Source: Planctomycetota bacterium
GTDB lineage: Bacteria > Planctomycetota > UBA11346
NCBI GenBank assembly: GCA_038213315.1
Contig: JBBQTJ010000001.1
Coordinates: 1 to 37,013, forward strand
Length of the DNA stretch: 37,013 bases
Reading direction: 5' to 3'
Position 1 is the stretch's first letter. Every line of letters begins with the position of its first letter. Both the position numbers and the translations under genes were made by a program. A model generated the notes under the pieces. The model was not told the origin of the DNA. It did no database searches and saw only the letters and a program-made list of their open reading frames with translations. Below are positions 28,658 to 37,013 of this stretch, piece by piece.

Positions 28658-29680
28658 ATGCGCCCCCTCCCTCTCGTCCTCCTGGTGATGCTGGCCATCG
28701 TCCTTGGCGGCCTTGCGCTCAGCCAGGACACCCCGGCCACCCCCCCGACACCCCCTGCGGAGTCCGACCCCATGATCAACAAACTTGACCTCACCGATGC
28801 CCAATGGCAGGCCCGCCTGACCCCTGAGCAATACCAAGTGCTGCGCCGCAAAGGCACCGAGGCGCCCTTCTGCGCTGCCTATACCGCCGCCAAGACTCAT
28901 GGCGGCGGCACCTATTACTGTGCTGGCTGCGGCTTGGATCTGTTCAGCTCAGCGGCCAAGTTCGATTCCGGCACTGGCTGGCCCAGCTTCTTTCAGGAAA
29001 TCCCCGGCCACGTCCTCACCCATGTGGACCGCAGCCATGGCATGGCCCGCACCGAGATCGTGTGCGCGCGCTGCGATGGTCATCTTGGCCACGTCTTCGA
29101 TGATGGCCCGGCGCCCACCGGCCAGCGTCACTGCGTGAATGCGGTGTCTTTGGAATTCCGCGCGGGCAGCGCCAGCGCGTCGGCCACCACCTCGGCCCTG
29201 CCCGCCAACATCGAAAAGGCCACCTTCGCCGCCGGTTGCTTCTGGGGCGTGCAAACCGAGTTCGATGCGGTGCCCGGGGTGCTCTCTTCGATGGTTGGCT
29301 ATATCGGTGGCGCGACCGAGCGCCCCACCTACCGCGATATCTGCAGCCACGGCACCGGTCATGCGGAAGCCCTGGAGATCGCCTACGATCCGGCCAAGGT
29401 CAGCTATCAGACCCTGCTGAATCTGTTCTTCACCATGCACGATCCGACCCAGATGAACCGTCAGGGCCCGGACGTGGGCGATCAGTACCGCACCGCCATC
29501 TTCCCCCACAGTCCCGAGCAGGCCAAGGCTGCCACCGACACCATCGCTGCCATTACTGCCGCGAAAAAATTCACGCGCCCTATTGCCACCCGCATCGAAC
29601 CCGCGGCGACCTTCTGGCCCGCCGAGGACTACCACCAGAAGTATCTCGAGAAGCGCGGCCAAGGCAGCTGCCACAAGTAA
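28658..29680 (+). CDS. msrAB: Exported bifunctional methionine sulfoxide reductase, MsrB-MsrA fusion
   Basis: I take ATG 28658 (MRPLPLVLLVMLAIVLGGLALS, a signal or anchor). MsrB part: RKGTEAPF, two CxxC pairs (YCAGCG, VCARCDGHLGHVF), GTGWPSF and catalytic RHCVN. MsrA part: AAGCFWGVQ, GYIGG, TGHAEALEIAYDP, HDPTQMNRQGPDVGDQYRTAIF. The upstream 98 codons of the track ORF run through rnpB and are spurious. Confidence 0.93.
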   Translation: MRPLPLVLLVMLAIVLGGLALSQDTPATPPTPPAESDPMINKLDLTDAQWQARLTPEQYQVLRRKGTEAPFCAAYTAAKTHGGGTYYCAGCGLDLFSSAAKFDSGTGWPSFFQEIPGHVLTHVDRSHGMARTEIVCARCDGHLGHVFDDGPAPTGQRHCVNAVSLEFRAGSASASATTSALPANIEKATFAAGCFWGVQTEFDAVPGVLSSMVGYIGGATERPTYRDICSHGTGHAEALEIAYDPAKVSYQTLLNLFFTMHDPTQMNRQGPDVGDQYRTAIFPHSPEQAKAATDTIAAITAAKKFTRPIATRIEPAATFWPAEDYHQKYLEKRGQGSCHK

Positions 29681-29853
29681 TGGACTTGCGGTCGGATCGG
29701 CCTGCACACTGGTTGGCGGTCCGCCTGGCGGACTGAAAGAGCGGCCGGGCCGAACGGACTCGTCGATCCCGGTCCAGTGTTGATAGGAAGTTAACTCCTG
29801 CTTCACGATCGCGGATATCAGGATGCCAACCATCTCCTGACCCGTGAGGCCCC

Positions 29854-32800
29854 ATGCGCTGCTCCCCCTGCCTGCTGCTGCTGCTCGCCACTGCCACGTT
29901 CGCTGGGGCGGCGGACTTCACCGCCGGCAATGTGGTCGTCTATCGGGTGGGCGACGGGATTGCGCCCCTGGCCAATACCGGGGCTGCGGTCTACCTGGAC
30001 GAGTACTCGCCGAGCGGCGCGCTGGTCCAGTCCATCCCGCTGCCTACCACGCTCAGCGGCGCCAACCGCCGGCTCATCGCCAGCGGCACGGCCACCTCCG
30101 AGGGGCTGCTCTCGCGCAGCGCCGACGGCCGGTTCCTGATCCTGGCAGGCTATGACGCCGCCATTCCCACCACCGGCCTGTCCGGAACCACGGGCAGCAC
30201 CATCAACCGCACGGTGGGCCGGATCGACCAGCATGGCGTGGTCGACACCAGCACCGGCTTCGCCGATTTCGCCTCGGGCAACAACCCGCGCAGCGCAGCC
30301 AGCGTTGACGGCAGCGACCTCTATCTGGCCGGCGGAACTGGTGGGGTGCGCTTCGCGGCCGCCGGGGCTAGCACGTCGACCCAGCTCAGCAGCACGGTCA
30401 CCAACCTGCGCCAGGTCCAGGTGGTCGACGGCCAACTGTATGTGTCGACCAGTTCGGGCATCACCGTCCGCATTGGCGCGGTTGGCACCGGCCTGCCCAC
30501 CGCCACGGGCCAGACCATTGCGACACTGCCCGGCGTGCCGCTCACCGGTAGCCCCTATGGATTCGCCCTGGTCGACTTGTCGCCAGCCATCCCCGGCCCC
30601 GATGTCCTCTATGTCGCAGATGATGCGCCCGGAACGGTGCAAAAGTATTCCCTGATCGGCGGCCTGTGGACACCCAGCGGAAGTGCGACCTCCGCTGCCG
30701 CGCGTGGACTCGCCACGACGGTGGCCGGCGGGACGGTGACGGTATTCGTGACTACTGGGGGTAGTGGCTCCAGCGGTGGCGGCACCCTCAGCACGTTGGT
30801 CGATGCCAGCGGTCATGGCGGCATGCTGGCAGGTACGGTCACTCCCATCGCCAGCGCAGCACCCAACACCGCCTTCCGCGGCGTCGCACTGGCCCCCAGC
30901 GCCAGCGCACCAGTGGTTGCCCCGGCAGTGCAGATCACCCCGTTGGCCCTCGCTGCGGCCGAAGGCGGGCCACCGCCCACCTATGCCATCAGCCTGACCA
31001 CCATCCCCGAATCGACGGTCACCATCGTGCTGAGCCCGGATGGGCAGCTTGACCTTGGCGCGGGCCCGGGGGTCAGCGTGACCCGCGCCTTCACCAGCAC
31101 CATTGCCCAGACTATCGATGTCACCCCCGTCGATGACAGCACGGTGGAAGGCCTGCATAACGGCATGGTGGCCCATGCGGTAGCAAGCGGCCCGGCCAGC
31201 TACGCCACCCTGTCGCTGCCCACCGTGGCGGTGACCATCAGCGACAACGACGTGGGCACCAACACCCCGCCGATGATATCGTCCATCCCCGCCCTGGCCA
31301 ACGCGCTGGGCGATCCCACCAATCCCACTGCGACCTTCAACGTTGGCGACGCAGAGTCCCCAGCAGCAACCCTGGCCCTGGCGGTGATCGCCACCAGCAA
31401 CCCGGTGGTTGCTCCGCTGGCCAACGCCACGGTGGTCAACGCCGGCGACGGCAGCGCCTCGGTGGCGGTGGTCCCCGCCGGCATCGGCTATGCCACCCTG
31501 ACCATCCGCGTCACCGACCCCCAGGGCGGCTTCGCTGACACCACGCTGAACTATGCGGCCTCGGCCGGTGGCGTGTCCAGCACCCGCTTCCATGCCAGCG
31601 GCGCCGATGCCTCGGCTGCGGTGGCGATCGACGCTGCATTCATGGTCGTGGGCATCGACGAGGACCAGGTACTGCGCGTGTTCCCCCGTACGACCTCGGG
31701 CCTGCCGGTCGCCGAGACCAACTTCTCGACCGGCGTGAACGTCGCGCCGCTTCAGCTCCTCAACGCTAGTGGCGGCCTCCCCCGTGAGGTCGACATCGAG
31801 GCTGCCACCCGGGTCGGCAACCGCATCTTCTGGCTGGGCTCGGGCAGCAACTCCTCGGGCGGCTCGTCCCGGCCCAACCGCTCGCGCCTCTTCGCTACCG
31901 ACCTCGCCGGCACTGGCGCGGCGACCACCCTCAGCTTCGCCGGGCGCTATGACCATTTGAAGGCCGATCTGATCGCCTGGGACCAGGGCAATGCCCACGG
32001 TCTTGGGGCGAATCACTTCGGCCTCGCGGCCAGCGCTGCGGCCGGAGTCATTCCTGAATCGCCGTTTGCCAACGGTTTCAACATCGAAGGCTTGGCCATG
32101 GCACCCGGCAGCAGCGATGCGGCCTATGTCGCCTTCCGCGCCCCGCTCGCCGTGCCCGGTGCGCGCACCCGCGCCTTGATCGTGCCGGTACTCAACTTCG
32201 CCAGCCTGGCGGTCAGCGGCGGCGCCTCCGGCACCAGCGGCGGCATCGCGGGTAGCGCGGTGCTGGGCGCGCCGATCGAACTCGACCTGGGCGGACGCGG
32301 CATCCGCGACCTGGCGCGCAACGACGCTGGCACCTATCTCATCGTCGCCGGACCGGTGGATGACAACCCCGTGCTCGGCTTCCGCCTCTTCACCTGGGAC
32401 GGTCAGCCCGGACATCTGCCCCAGCAGCGGTCGGCCGACCTCACCGGCCTGAATCCCGAAGCCATCGTCGGCCTGCCGGCGGGCTCGCTCGCGGCGGCCA
32501 GCACCACCATCCAGATCCTCAGCGACAACGGCAGCCGCGATTGGTACGGCGATGGCATCGAGGCCAAGTCCCTGCCCGAAGTGCGCCACCGCAAATTCCG
32601 CAGCGACCTGGTGGCCCTGGGCGGCATCCAGGCGCGCATTCATGACATCCAGGGTGCGGCCCACCGTTCTCCGCTGGAAGGCGCGTCGGTCGCGTCGGTG
32701 CCCGGCATCGTCACCGCGGTGCGCAGCAACGGCTTCTGGTTCGAGGACAGCGCCCCTGACGCCGATCCCGCGACCTCGGAAGGCCTCTTCGTCTTCACCG

Positions 32801-35448
32801 GCTCGGCCCCGACCGTCATGGTCGGCGACGCCGTGGCGGTGGCGGGCACGGTCACCGAGTTCCGGCCGGGCGGCTCGGGCGGCAGCGACAACCTGACCAC
32901 CACCGAACTGACCTCGCCCCTCATCCTCGTCCTGTCGTCCGGCAATCCCCTCCCCGAGACCCTGCTTGGCCCCGGTGGCCGCCAGGCCCCCGGCACGGTC
33001 ATCGAAGATGATGCCGCCGGCAGCGTCGAGATTGGCGGCGTATTCGATCCCGCTCAAGACGGCATCGACTTCTATGAGAGCCTGGAAGGCATGCGCCTGC
33101 GCATCGACGATGCCGTCGCCACCGGGCCCATCCGCGCCTTCGGCAGCGGTGCCAGCCTCAATCGCGAAATCACCGTTCTGCCCAGTGGCGGTGTGGGCGC
33201 CGCAACGCGTACCCCGCGTGGCGGCATCCTGCTCACCACCGGCGATGCCAATCCGGAACGGGTGTTCCTGAGCGACACCCTGGTCGTCAGCCCGGGCCTG
33301 CCCGAAACCCTCGATGTTGGCGACGGCTTCCCCGTGCTTCGCGGGGTGCTCGATTACTCGTTCGGCAACTTCAAGCTCCTGCTCACCGCTGTTCCGTCGG
33401 TCACGGATAACGTCCTGGTCCGGGAGACCACCGCTCTGTCCGGCGATGCCACCCACCTGACCGTGGCCACCTACAACGTCGAGAACCTCGATCCATCGGA
33501 CGGCACCTTCGCCGCTCATGCCGCGGTCATCGTCGGCCACCTCCTCAATCCCGACATCATCTGCGTCGAGGAGATCCAGGACAACACCGGCGCCACCAAC
33601 AACGGCGTGGTGTCCGCCAGCCAGACCTGGGGCGACCTGATCGCCGCCATCGCTGCCCAGCCGGGCGGAGCGTCCTACCAGTACCGCGACATTGCACCCA
33701 CCAATAATCAGGATGGCGGTCAACCCGGCGGTAACATCCGCCAAGGCTTCCTCTTCCGCACCGATCGCGGGGTGGCCTTCGTCGATCGCGGTACGCCCAG
33801 CGCCACCGCCGCCAACGCCGTGCTGGCCGGCCCTCAGCTCGCGCTCAGCCCGGGGCGCATTGATCCGACCAACAGCGCCTTCACCAGCAGCCGCAAGCCC
33901 GTGGCTGGCGAGTTCACCTTCCAGGGTCGCACCCTGTTCGTGGTCTCCAACCACTTCAACTCGAAGGGCGGGGACGACCCGCTGTTCGGTCGCTGGCAGC
34001 CGCCGGTGCGCAGCTCGGAGGTCCAACGCCACCAGCAGGCGCAGATCCTCAACGACTTCGTCAGCAACCTGCTCGCCGTCGACCCCCTGGCCAACGTGGT
34101 GGTGGCGGGCGACTTCAACGACTTCGAGTTCTCGCAGACGCTGTCCATCCTGCGCGGGTCCGATGAGCTCCACAATCTTATCGATCTGCTACCCGAGGGC
34201 GAGCGCTACGACTACGTCTTTGACGGAAACTCCCAGTCCCTTGACCACATCCTGGTCAGCGGCCGCTTGCTGGGTGGCGCCCAGGTCGACGTGGTCCATG
34301 TCAACGCCGAGTTCGCCGATCAGGTCAGCGACCATGATCCCATTGTCGCCCGCCTGCAGCTGGTCGCCCCTCTGAGCATCGCATCTGGCCTCATCGCCAC
34401 CAGCATCCTGGAGGACCAGGCCGGGACCATCATTCCCGTGACCCTCATCGACCCCGATGCGGGCGTGGCTCCGCCCGTCACGGTCAGCGCGACCTCATCG
34501 GACCAGCTGCTCGTGAGCGACAGCGGACTAGTGCTCAGCGGCAGCGGAGCCCTGCGCGAGCTCGCCATCACGCCCGTCGCCGATGCCTTCGGCATGGTGC
34601 AGGTCCAAGCTACCGCCACCGACGGGCTGCGCAGCGCCATGGATGCTTTCCTGCTGGAGATCATCCCCGTGAACGACGCCCCCAGCTTTCAGGCCGGTGG
34701 CGATGTGACGGTCAGCGCCAGCAGCCCGCTCAGCCAGCCCTGGGCCACGCAGATCAGTGCCGGACCCGCCAATGAGGCGGGCCAGGGCCTGTCCTTCCAG
34801 GTCAGCACCACCCAGCCCGGACTCTTCGTCCAACCGCCCGCCATCAACGCTGCAGGCGTGCTCTCGTTCGTTCCCACGGGCGTGGCGGGCAGCAGCCAGG
34901 TGACGGTACTGCTGATGGACAATGGTGGCACGGCGCATGGCGGCGATGACACCAGCGCTGCGGTGCTGTTCACCGTCACCATCCAGGCGCCGGTGGATCT
35001 GCCGCCCACCATCACCTGCGCGGTGCAGCGTGACGTACTGTGGCCGCCCCTCTTTCAGTTCGTCGATGTGGGCCTGACCTGGGCGGCCAGCGACGATCTT
35101 GGGATCGCGCGCATTGAGGTCGCGGTCACCCAGGACGAGCCCACCGGCGTCCTCCCGGGGCTCTCGCCTGATGCCCAGCTGGTGCGCTCCGCCACCGGCG
35201 CGGTCATCGGCCTACGCCTACGCGCCGAGCTCGACCTCCGCGGAAACGGTCGGGTCTACCTGATCCAGGTCACCGCGGTCGACAGCGCGGGTCAGCGCAG
35301 CAGCGCCTTCACCACCGTGGTGGTGCCCCTGCTGCCCCTGCCCCGTTACCTGCGGCCGCTCGAAACGCAGGCCGCCGCGGCCGAAGCGGACGCCATCCCC
35401 CTGCCCTTCGACGCATTCCTGCGCGGCCGCCTGGGCGGCCGCGGCTGA
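29854..35448 (+). CDS. Giant secreted multidomain protein with an ExeM/NucH-type extracellular nuclease core (OB-like module + endonuclease/exonuclease/phosphatase domain)
   Basis: 1864 aa with signal peptide MRCSPCLLLLLATATFAGAA. The ExeM/NucH-like module is IHDIQGAAHRSPLEGASVASVPGIVTAVRSNGFWFEDSAPDADPATSEGLFVFTG...GDAVAVAGTVTEFRP (from ~nt 32638). EEP motifs: TVATYNVENL, IICVEEIQDN, VVSNHFNSKGGD, VVAGDFNDFEFS, SLDHILVS, SDHDPIV (~nt 33455-34360). The C-terminus has a VNDAPSF cadherin/VCBS-like repeat. GAGG lies 5 nt upstream of the ATG. Confidence 0.85.
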   Translation: MRCSPCLLLLLATATFAGAADFTAGNVVVYRVGDGIAPLANTGAAVYLDEYSPSGALVQSIPLPTTLSGANRRLIASGTATSEGLLSRSADGRFLILAGYDAAIPTTGLSGTTGSTINRTVGRIDQHGVVDTSTGFADFASGNNPRSAASVDGSDLYLAGGTGGVRFAAAGASTSTQLSSTVTNLRQVQVVDGQLYVSTSSGITVRIGAVGTGLPTATGQTIATLPGVPLTGSPYGFALVDLSPAIPGPDVLYVADDAPGTVQKYSLIGGLWTPSGSATSAAARGLATTVAGGTVTVFVTTGGSGSSGGGTLSTLVDASGHGGMLAGTVTPIASAAPNTAFRGVALAPSASAPVVAPAVQITPLALAAAEGGPPPTYAISLTTIPESTVTIVLSPDGQLDLGAGPGVSVTRAFTSTIAQTIDVTPVDDSTVEGLHNGMVAHAVASGPASYATLSLPTVAVTISDNDVGTNTPPMISSIPALANALGDPTNPTATFNVGDAESPAATLALAVIATSNPVVAPLANATVVNAGDGSASVAVVPAGIGYATLTIRVTDPQGGFADTTLNYAASAGGVSSTRFHASGADASAAVAIDAAFMVVGIDEDQVLRVFPRTTSGLPVAETNFSTGVNVAPLQLLNASGGLPREVDIEAATRVGNRIFWLGSGSNSSGGSSRPNRSRLFATDLAGTGAATTLSFAGRYDHLKADLIAWDQGNAHGLGANHFGLAASAAAGVIPESPFANGFNIEGLAMAPGSSDAAYVAFRAPLAVPGARTRALIVPVLNFASLAVSGGASGTSGGIAGSAVLGAPIELDLGGRGIRDLARNDAGTYLIVAGPVDDNPVLGFRLFTWDGQPGHLPQQRSADLTGLNPEAIVGLPAGSLAAASTTIQILSDNGSRDWYGDGIEAKSLPEVRHRKFRSDLVALGGIQARIHDIQGAAHRSPLEGASVASVPGIVTAVRSNGFWFEDSAPDADPATSEGLFVFTGSAPTVMVGDAVAVAGTVTEFRPGGSGGSDNLTTTELTSPLILVLSSGNPLPETLLGPGGRQAPGTVIEDDAAGSVEIGGVFDPAQDGIDFYESLEGMRLRIDDAVATGPIRAFGSGASLNREITVLPSGGVGAATRTPRGGILLTTGDANPERVFLSDTLVVSPGLPETLDVGDGFPVLRGVLDYSFGNFKLLLTAVPSVTDNVLVRETTALSGDATHLTVATYNVENLDPSDGTFAAHAAVIVGHLLNPDIICVEEIQDNTGATNNGVVSASQTWGDLIAAIAAQPGGASYQYRDIAPTNNQDGGQPGGNIRQGFLFRTDRGVAFVDRGTPSATAANAVLAGPQLALSPGRIDPTNSAFTSSRKPVAGEFTFQGRTLFVVSNHFNSKGGDDPLFGRWQPPVRSSEVQRHQQAQILNDFVSNLLAVDPLANVVVAGDFNDFEFSQTLSILRGSDELHNLIDLLPEGERYDYVFDGNSQSLDHILVSGRLLGGAQVDVVHVNAEFADQVSDHDPIVARLQLVAPLSIASGLIATSILEDQAGTIIPVTLIDPDAGVAPPVTVSATSSDQLLVSDSGLVLSGSGALRELAITPVADAFGMVQVQATATDGLRSAMDAFLLEIIPVNDAPSFQAGGDVTVSASSPLSQPWATQISAGPANEAGQGLSFQVSTTQPGLFVQPPAINAAGVLSFVPTGVAGSSQVTVLLMDNGGTAHGGDDTSAAVLFTVTIQAPVDLPPTITCAVQRDVLWPPLFQFVDVGLTWAASDDLGIARIEVAVTQDEPTGVLPGLSPDAQLVRSATGAVIGLRLRAELDLRGNGRVYLIQVTAVDSAGQRSSAFTTVVVPLLPLPRYLRPLETQAAAAEADAIPLPFDAFLRGRLGGRG

Positions 35449-35454
35449 TCCCGA

Positions 35455-35859
35455 TCAGCCCCAGGAGAAATCCGCCTCGATCGCGATGTCGGGATGGATC
35501 GACAACGCCACCGGACAAGTGCGGGCCGCATGCTCCAGCTTGGCCCGAGCTTCGCTCGGGATGCCGACGGGCATGGCGAAGTGCATCACCACGCGGGCGA
35601 TGCGCCGGGGCGGAGGAGTCATGTGCTTTTCGAGCTGGACAGTGGCACCCTCCAGCGCGACGCCATCGCGCCGGGCGACGATGCCCATGATGGTCAGCAT
35701 GCAGGTCCCCAGGCCGGTGGCGACCAGATCGGTGGGGCTGAACGACTCGCCCTTGCCCTGATTATCCACCGGCGCGTCGGTGATCAGCGTGGTGTGGGAC
35801 GGACCGTGTTCGGCCGCGCAGCGCAGCTCGCCGCGATAAGAAAGGGAGATGGGGATCAA
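35455..35859 (-). CDS. OsmC/Ohr-family peroxiredoxin-like protein
   Basis: 134 aa. The two conserved Cys contexts are present (ATGLGTCMLTIMG and AARTCPVALS). The TTG start is preceded by AGGTGA with a 4-nt spacer. Confidence 0.85.
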   Translation of the reverse strand: MIPISLSYRGELRCAAEHGPSHTTLITDAPVDNQGKGESFSPTDLVATGLGTCMLTIMGIVARRDGVALEGATVQLEKHMTPPPRRIARVVMHFAMPVGIPSEARAKLEHAARTCPVALSIHPDIAIEADFSWG

Positions 35860-35870
35860 GGTTTCACCTG

Positions 35871-36076
35871 GTTATGGTGGTTGGGTTATGGGGTATGGTG
35901 GATGGGGCTGTATTCACCATGGGCCAGGAGCGAACAGGATGCAATCAAGGTGCGGTGGGAGGTGGGCGGGGCTGTCCCCACCATAACCCATACCCCATCA
36001 ACCATAACCCGTTCACCATAACCCGTTCACCATAACCCATACCCCATCAACCATAACCCGATCACCATAACCCGAT
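35871..36076. repeat. Composite CCATAACC/GGTTATGG repeat: a degenerate inverted pair flanking a ~75-bp core, plus a 49-bp tandem duplication
   Basis: Left arm: GGTTATGGTGGTTGGGTTATGGGGTATGGTGGATGGGG (35871-35908). The right side holds 49-bp units at 35979-36027 and 36028-36076, which differ only by GTT>GAT at two sites. GGGTTATGGGGTATGGTGG (35883-35901) can pair with CCACCATAACCCATACCCC (35978-35996) at 17 of 19 positions. Confidence 0.9.
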
Positions 36077-36369
36077 CAAGCAAACAATGCCGCCGCGGTC
36101 AGCCACAGGATCGCTTGCGCCAGCAGCAGCCGATTGCGCCAGCGCCAGCCGCTGTCGGTGCCGGCGCTGCAGATGGCAGAGCCGATCAGTGCGGCGGTCC
36201 ACAGGGCCCAGGGCCACTCCCCGACCAGGGCCAGACCGAGGGGCGGCAGTTGCAGGAGTTCGACCAGCAACAGGCGGGGCCAGGTGCGCGGCGAGTGGGT
36301 AGTGCCAAGTGCGGAGTGCGGAGTTTCCGCAGCTGCGCTCGGGGGGATGGAGATCTCGCCGACCGTCAT
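36076..36369 (-). CDS. Hypothetical small membrane protein translationally coupled to thiE
   Basis: 97 aa with an ATGA overlap with the thiE stop (36366-36369). Hydrophobic segments: LLLVELLQLPPLGLALVGEWPWALWTAALIGSAI and LLLAQAILWLTAAALFA. I recognise no motif. The stop codon abuts the 49-bp repeat. Confidence 0.35.
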   Translation of the reverse strand: MTVGEISIPPSAAAETPHSALGTTHSPRTWPRLLLVELLQLPPLGLALVGEWPWALWTAALIGSAICSAGTDSGWRWRNRLLLAQAILWLTAAALFA

Positions 36370-37001
36370 GCCAGGGCCTCGACGAAGGCCGCCGCCGCGC
36401 GTTCCGGATCGGCGGCGCGGCAGAGCGCACCGGCCACCGCGATGCCGTGGGGCAGGCGCGGGCGCAGCGCCCGGACCCGTTCCAGGTCAAGGCCACCGAT
36501 GGCGAAGCTGGGGAGGCGCAGGTCTGCCTGCACTTCCTCCAGCAAGGCCGGTCCGCGTTCCGGCTCGTGGGGCTTGGTGGTGGTCGCGAACATCGGACCC
36601 AGGCCGCAGACATCGGCGCCTTCAGCCTGGGCGCTCAGCAATTGGTCGCGGGTATGGCAGCTTGCCCCCAGGGCGCAGCAGGGTCCGACCACGGCGCGGG
36701 CATCCGCCAGCGACAGATCATCCTGCCCGACATGGCAACCGTCTGCCGCCAGGGCGCGGGCCACGGCGACATGATCATTGACCACGAACAGGCCGCCGAC
36801 GCCGCGCACCGCCTCCTGCATGCGCGCGGCCAGCTCGCGATAGGCGCGCACCGACAGACCCTTGGCGCGCAACTGCACGGCGCCCGCACCGCCGCGCACC
36901 GCCGCGGCCGCCACCGCCACGGGGTCGGCGCACAGCCCGGTATCCACCAGCACGTACAAGCGCACCTGCCAGAAACGCCACGCCGGGAGCCGCGCCAGCA
37001 A
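36366..37001 (-). CDS. thiE: Thiamine-phosphate synthase
   Basis: LYVLVD, VQLRAKG, VVNDHVAVARALAADGCHVGQDDL, GASCHT, GLGPMFATTTKP and SFAIGGL follow the ThiE pattern. The track start is TTG 37001, but the frame stays open to the window end (LESG...), so the true start may lie outside the window. Confidence 0.85.
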   Translation of the reverse strand: MLARLPAWRFWQVRLYVLVDTGLCADPVAVAAAAVRGGAGAVQLRAKGLSVRAYRELAARMQEAVRGVGGLFVVNDHVAVARALAADGCHVGQDDLSLADARAVVGPCCALGASCHTRDQLLSAQAEGADVCGLGPMFATTTKPHEPERGPALLEEVQADLRLPSFAIGGLDLERVRALRPRLPHGIAVAGALCRAADPERAAAAFVEALA

Positions 37002-37013
37002 GCCGCTTTCCAG

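Noticed and set aside
29818-34173. 1451-aa ORF on the minus strand, antisense to the giant nuclease gene
   Set aside because: Its composition is dominated by G/A/R/D with no motifs. It lies exactly antisense to a plus-strand frame that has a signal peptide, clear EEP catalytic motifs and GC3 bias. This is a typical shadow ORF of a GC-rich gene.
35443-35460. Palindrome GGCTGATC-CC-GATCAGCC spanning the two convergent stop codons (nuclease and osmC)
   Set aside because: It arises because both genes end in GGC-TGA. The stem is 6-8 bp with a tiny loop and no U-tract, which is too weak to call a bidirectional terminator.
36062-36613. 183-aa minus-strand ORF overlapping thiE out of frame
   Set aside because: It is Arg/Pro-rich and overlaps the well-supported thiE frame by about 250 nt. 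The shorter ATGA-coupled 97-aa frame is the only plausible candidate here.

Overview
Very GC-rich bacterial chromosomal segment. It reads as mostly core genome rather than an accessory island. I recognised no transposase, integrase, phage gene, CRISPR array, tRNA or rRNA. The gene content (MoxR/DUF58/BatA/vWA operon, secreted prenyltransferase-repeat protein, NPCBM-like protein, giant secreted multidomain protein) resembles the PVC superphylum (Planctomycetota/Verrucomicrobiota), but that is inference only.

Layout:
- 1-3991, minus strand: the 5' end of a dcw cell-division cluster, mraZ - small inserted ORF - rsmH - ftsL-like - ftsI - murE (truncated by the window edge). An AT-rich promoter island with phased hexamer repeats lies upstream of mraZ.
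- 4.1-13.9 kb: 2Fe-2S ferredoxin, a glycine-rich RRM RNA-binding protein, leuS, an HD hydrolase, two orphan genes, a DUF349 repeat protein and a MEKHLA protein.
- 13.95-26.76 kb, minus strand: an eight-gene, largely translationally coupled operon. Order: MoxR AAA+ - DUF58 - BatA/vWA - vWA/amidotransferase-like - DUF4175-like membrane protein - secreted low-complexity protein with a 24-bp minisatellite - prenyltransferase-like toroid protein - NPCBM-like protein. This is the best candidate for a poorly understood system.
- 26.9-37.0 kb: LacI-type regulator, RNase P RNA (rnpB) with a strong terminator, exported MsrB-MsrA fusion, a 1864-aa secreted ExeM/NucH-like nuclease, OsmC, a composite CCATAACC-type inverted/tandem repeat, and a small membrane ORF coupled to thiE.

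The many long ORFs antisense to real genes are GC-driven shadow ORFs and were rejected. All family assignments rest on motifs read by eye. No database search was run.
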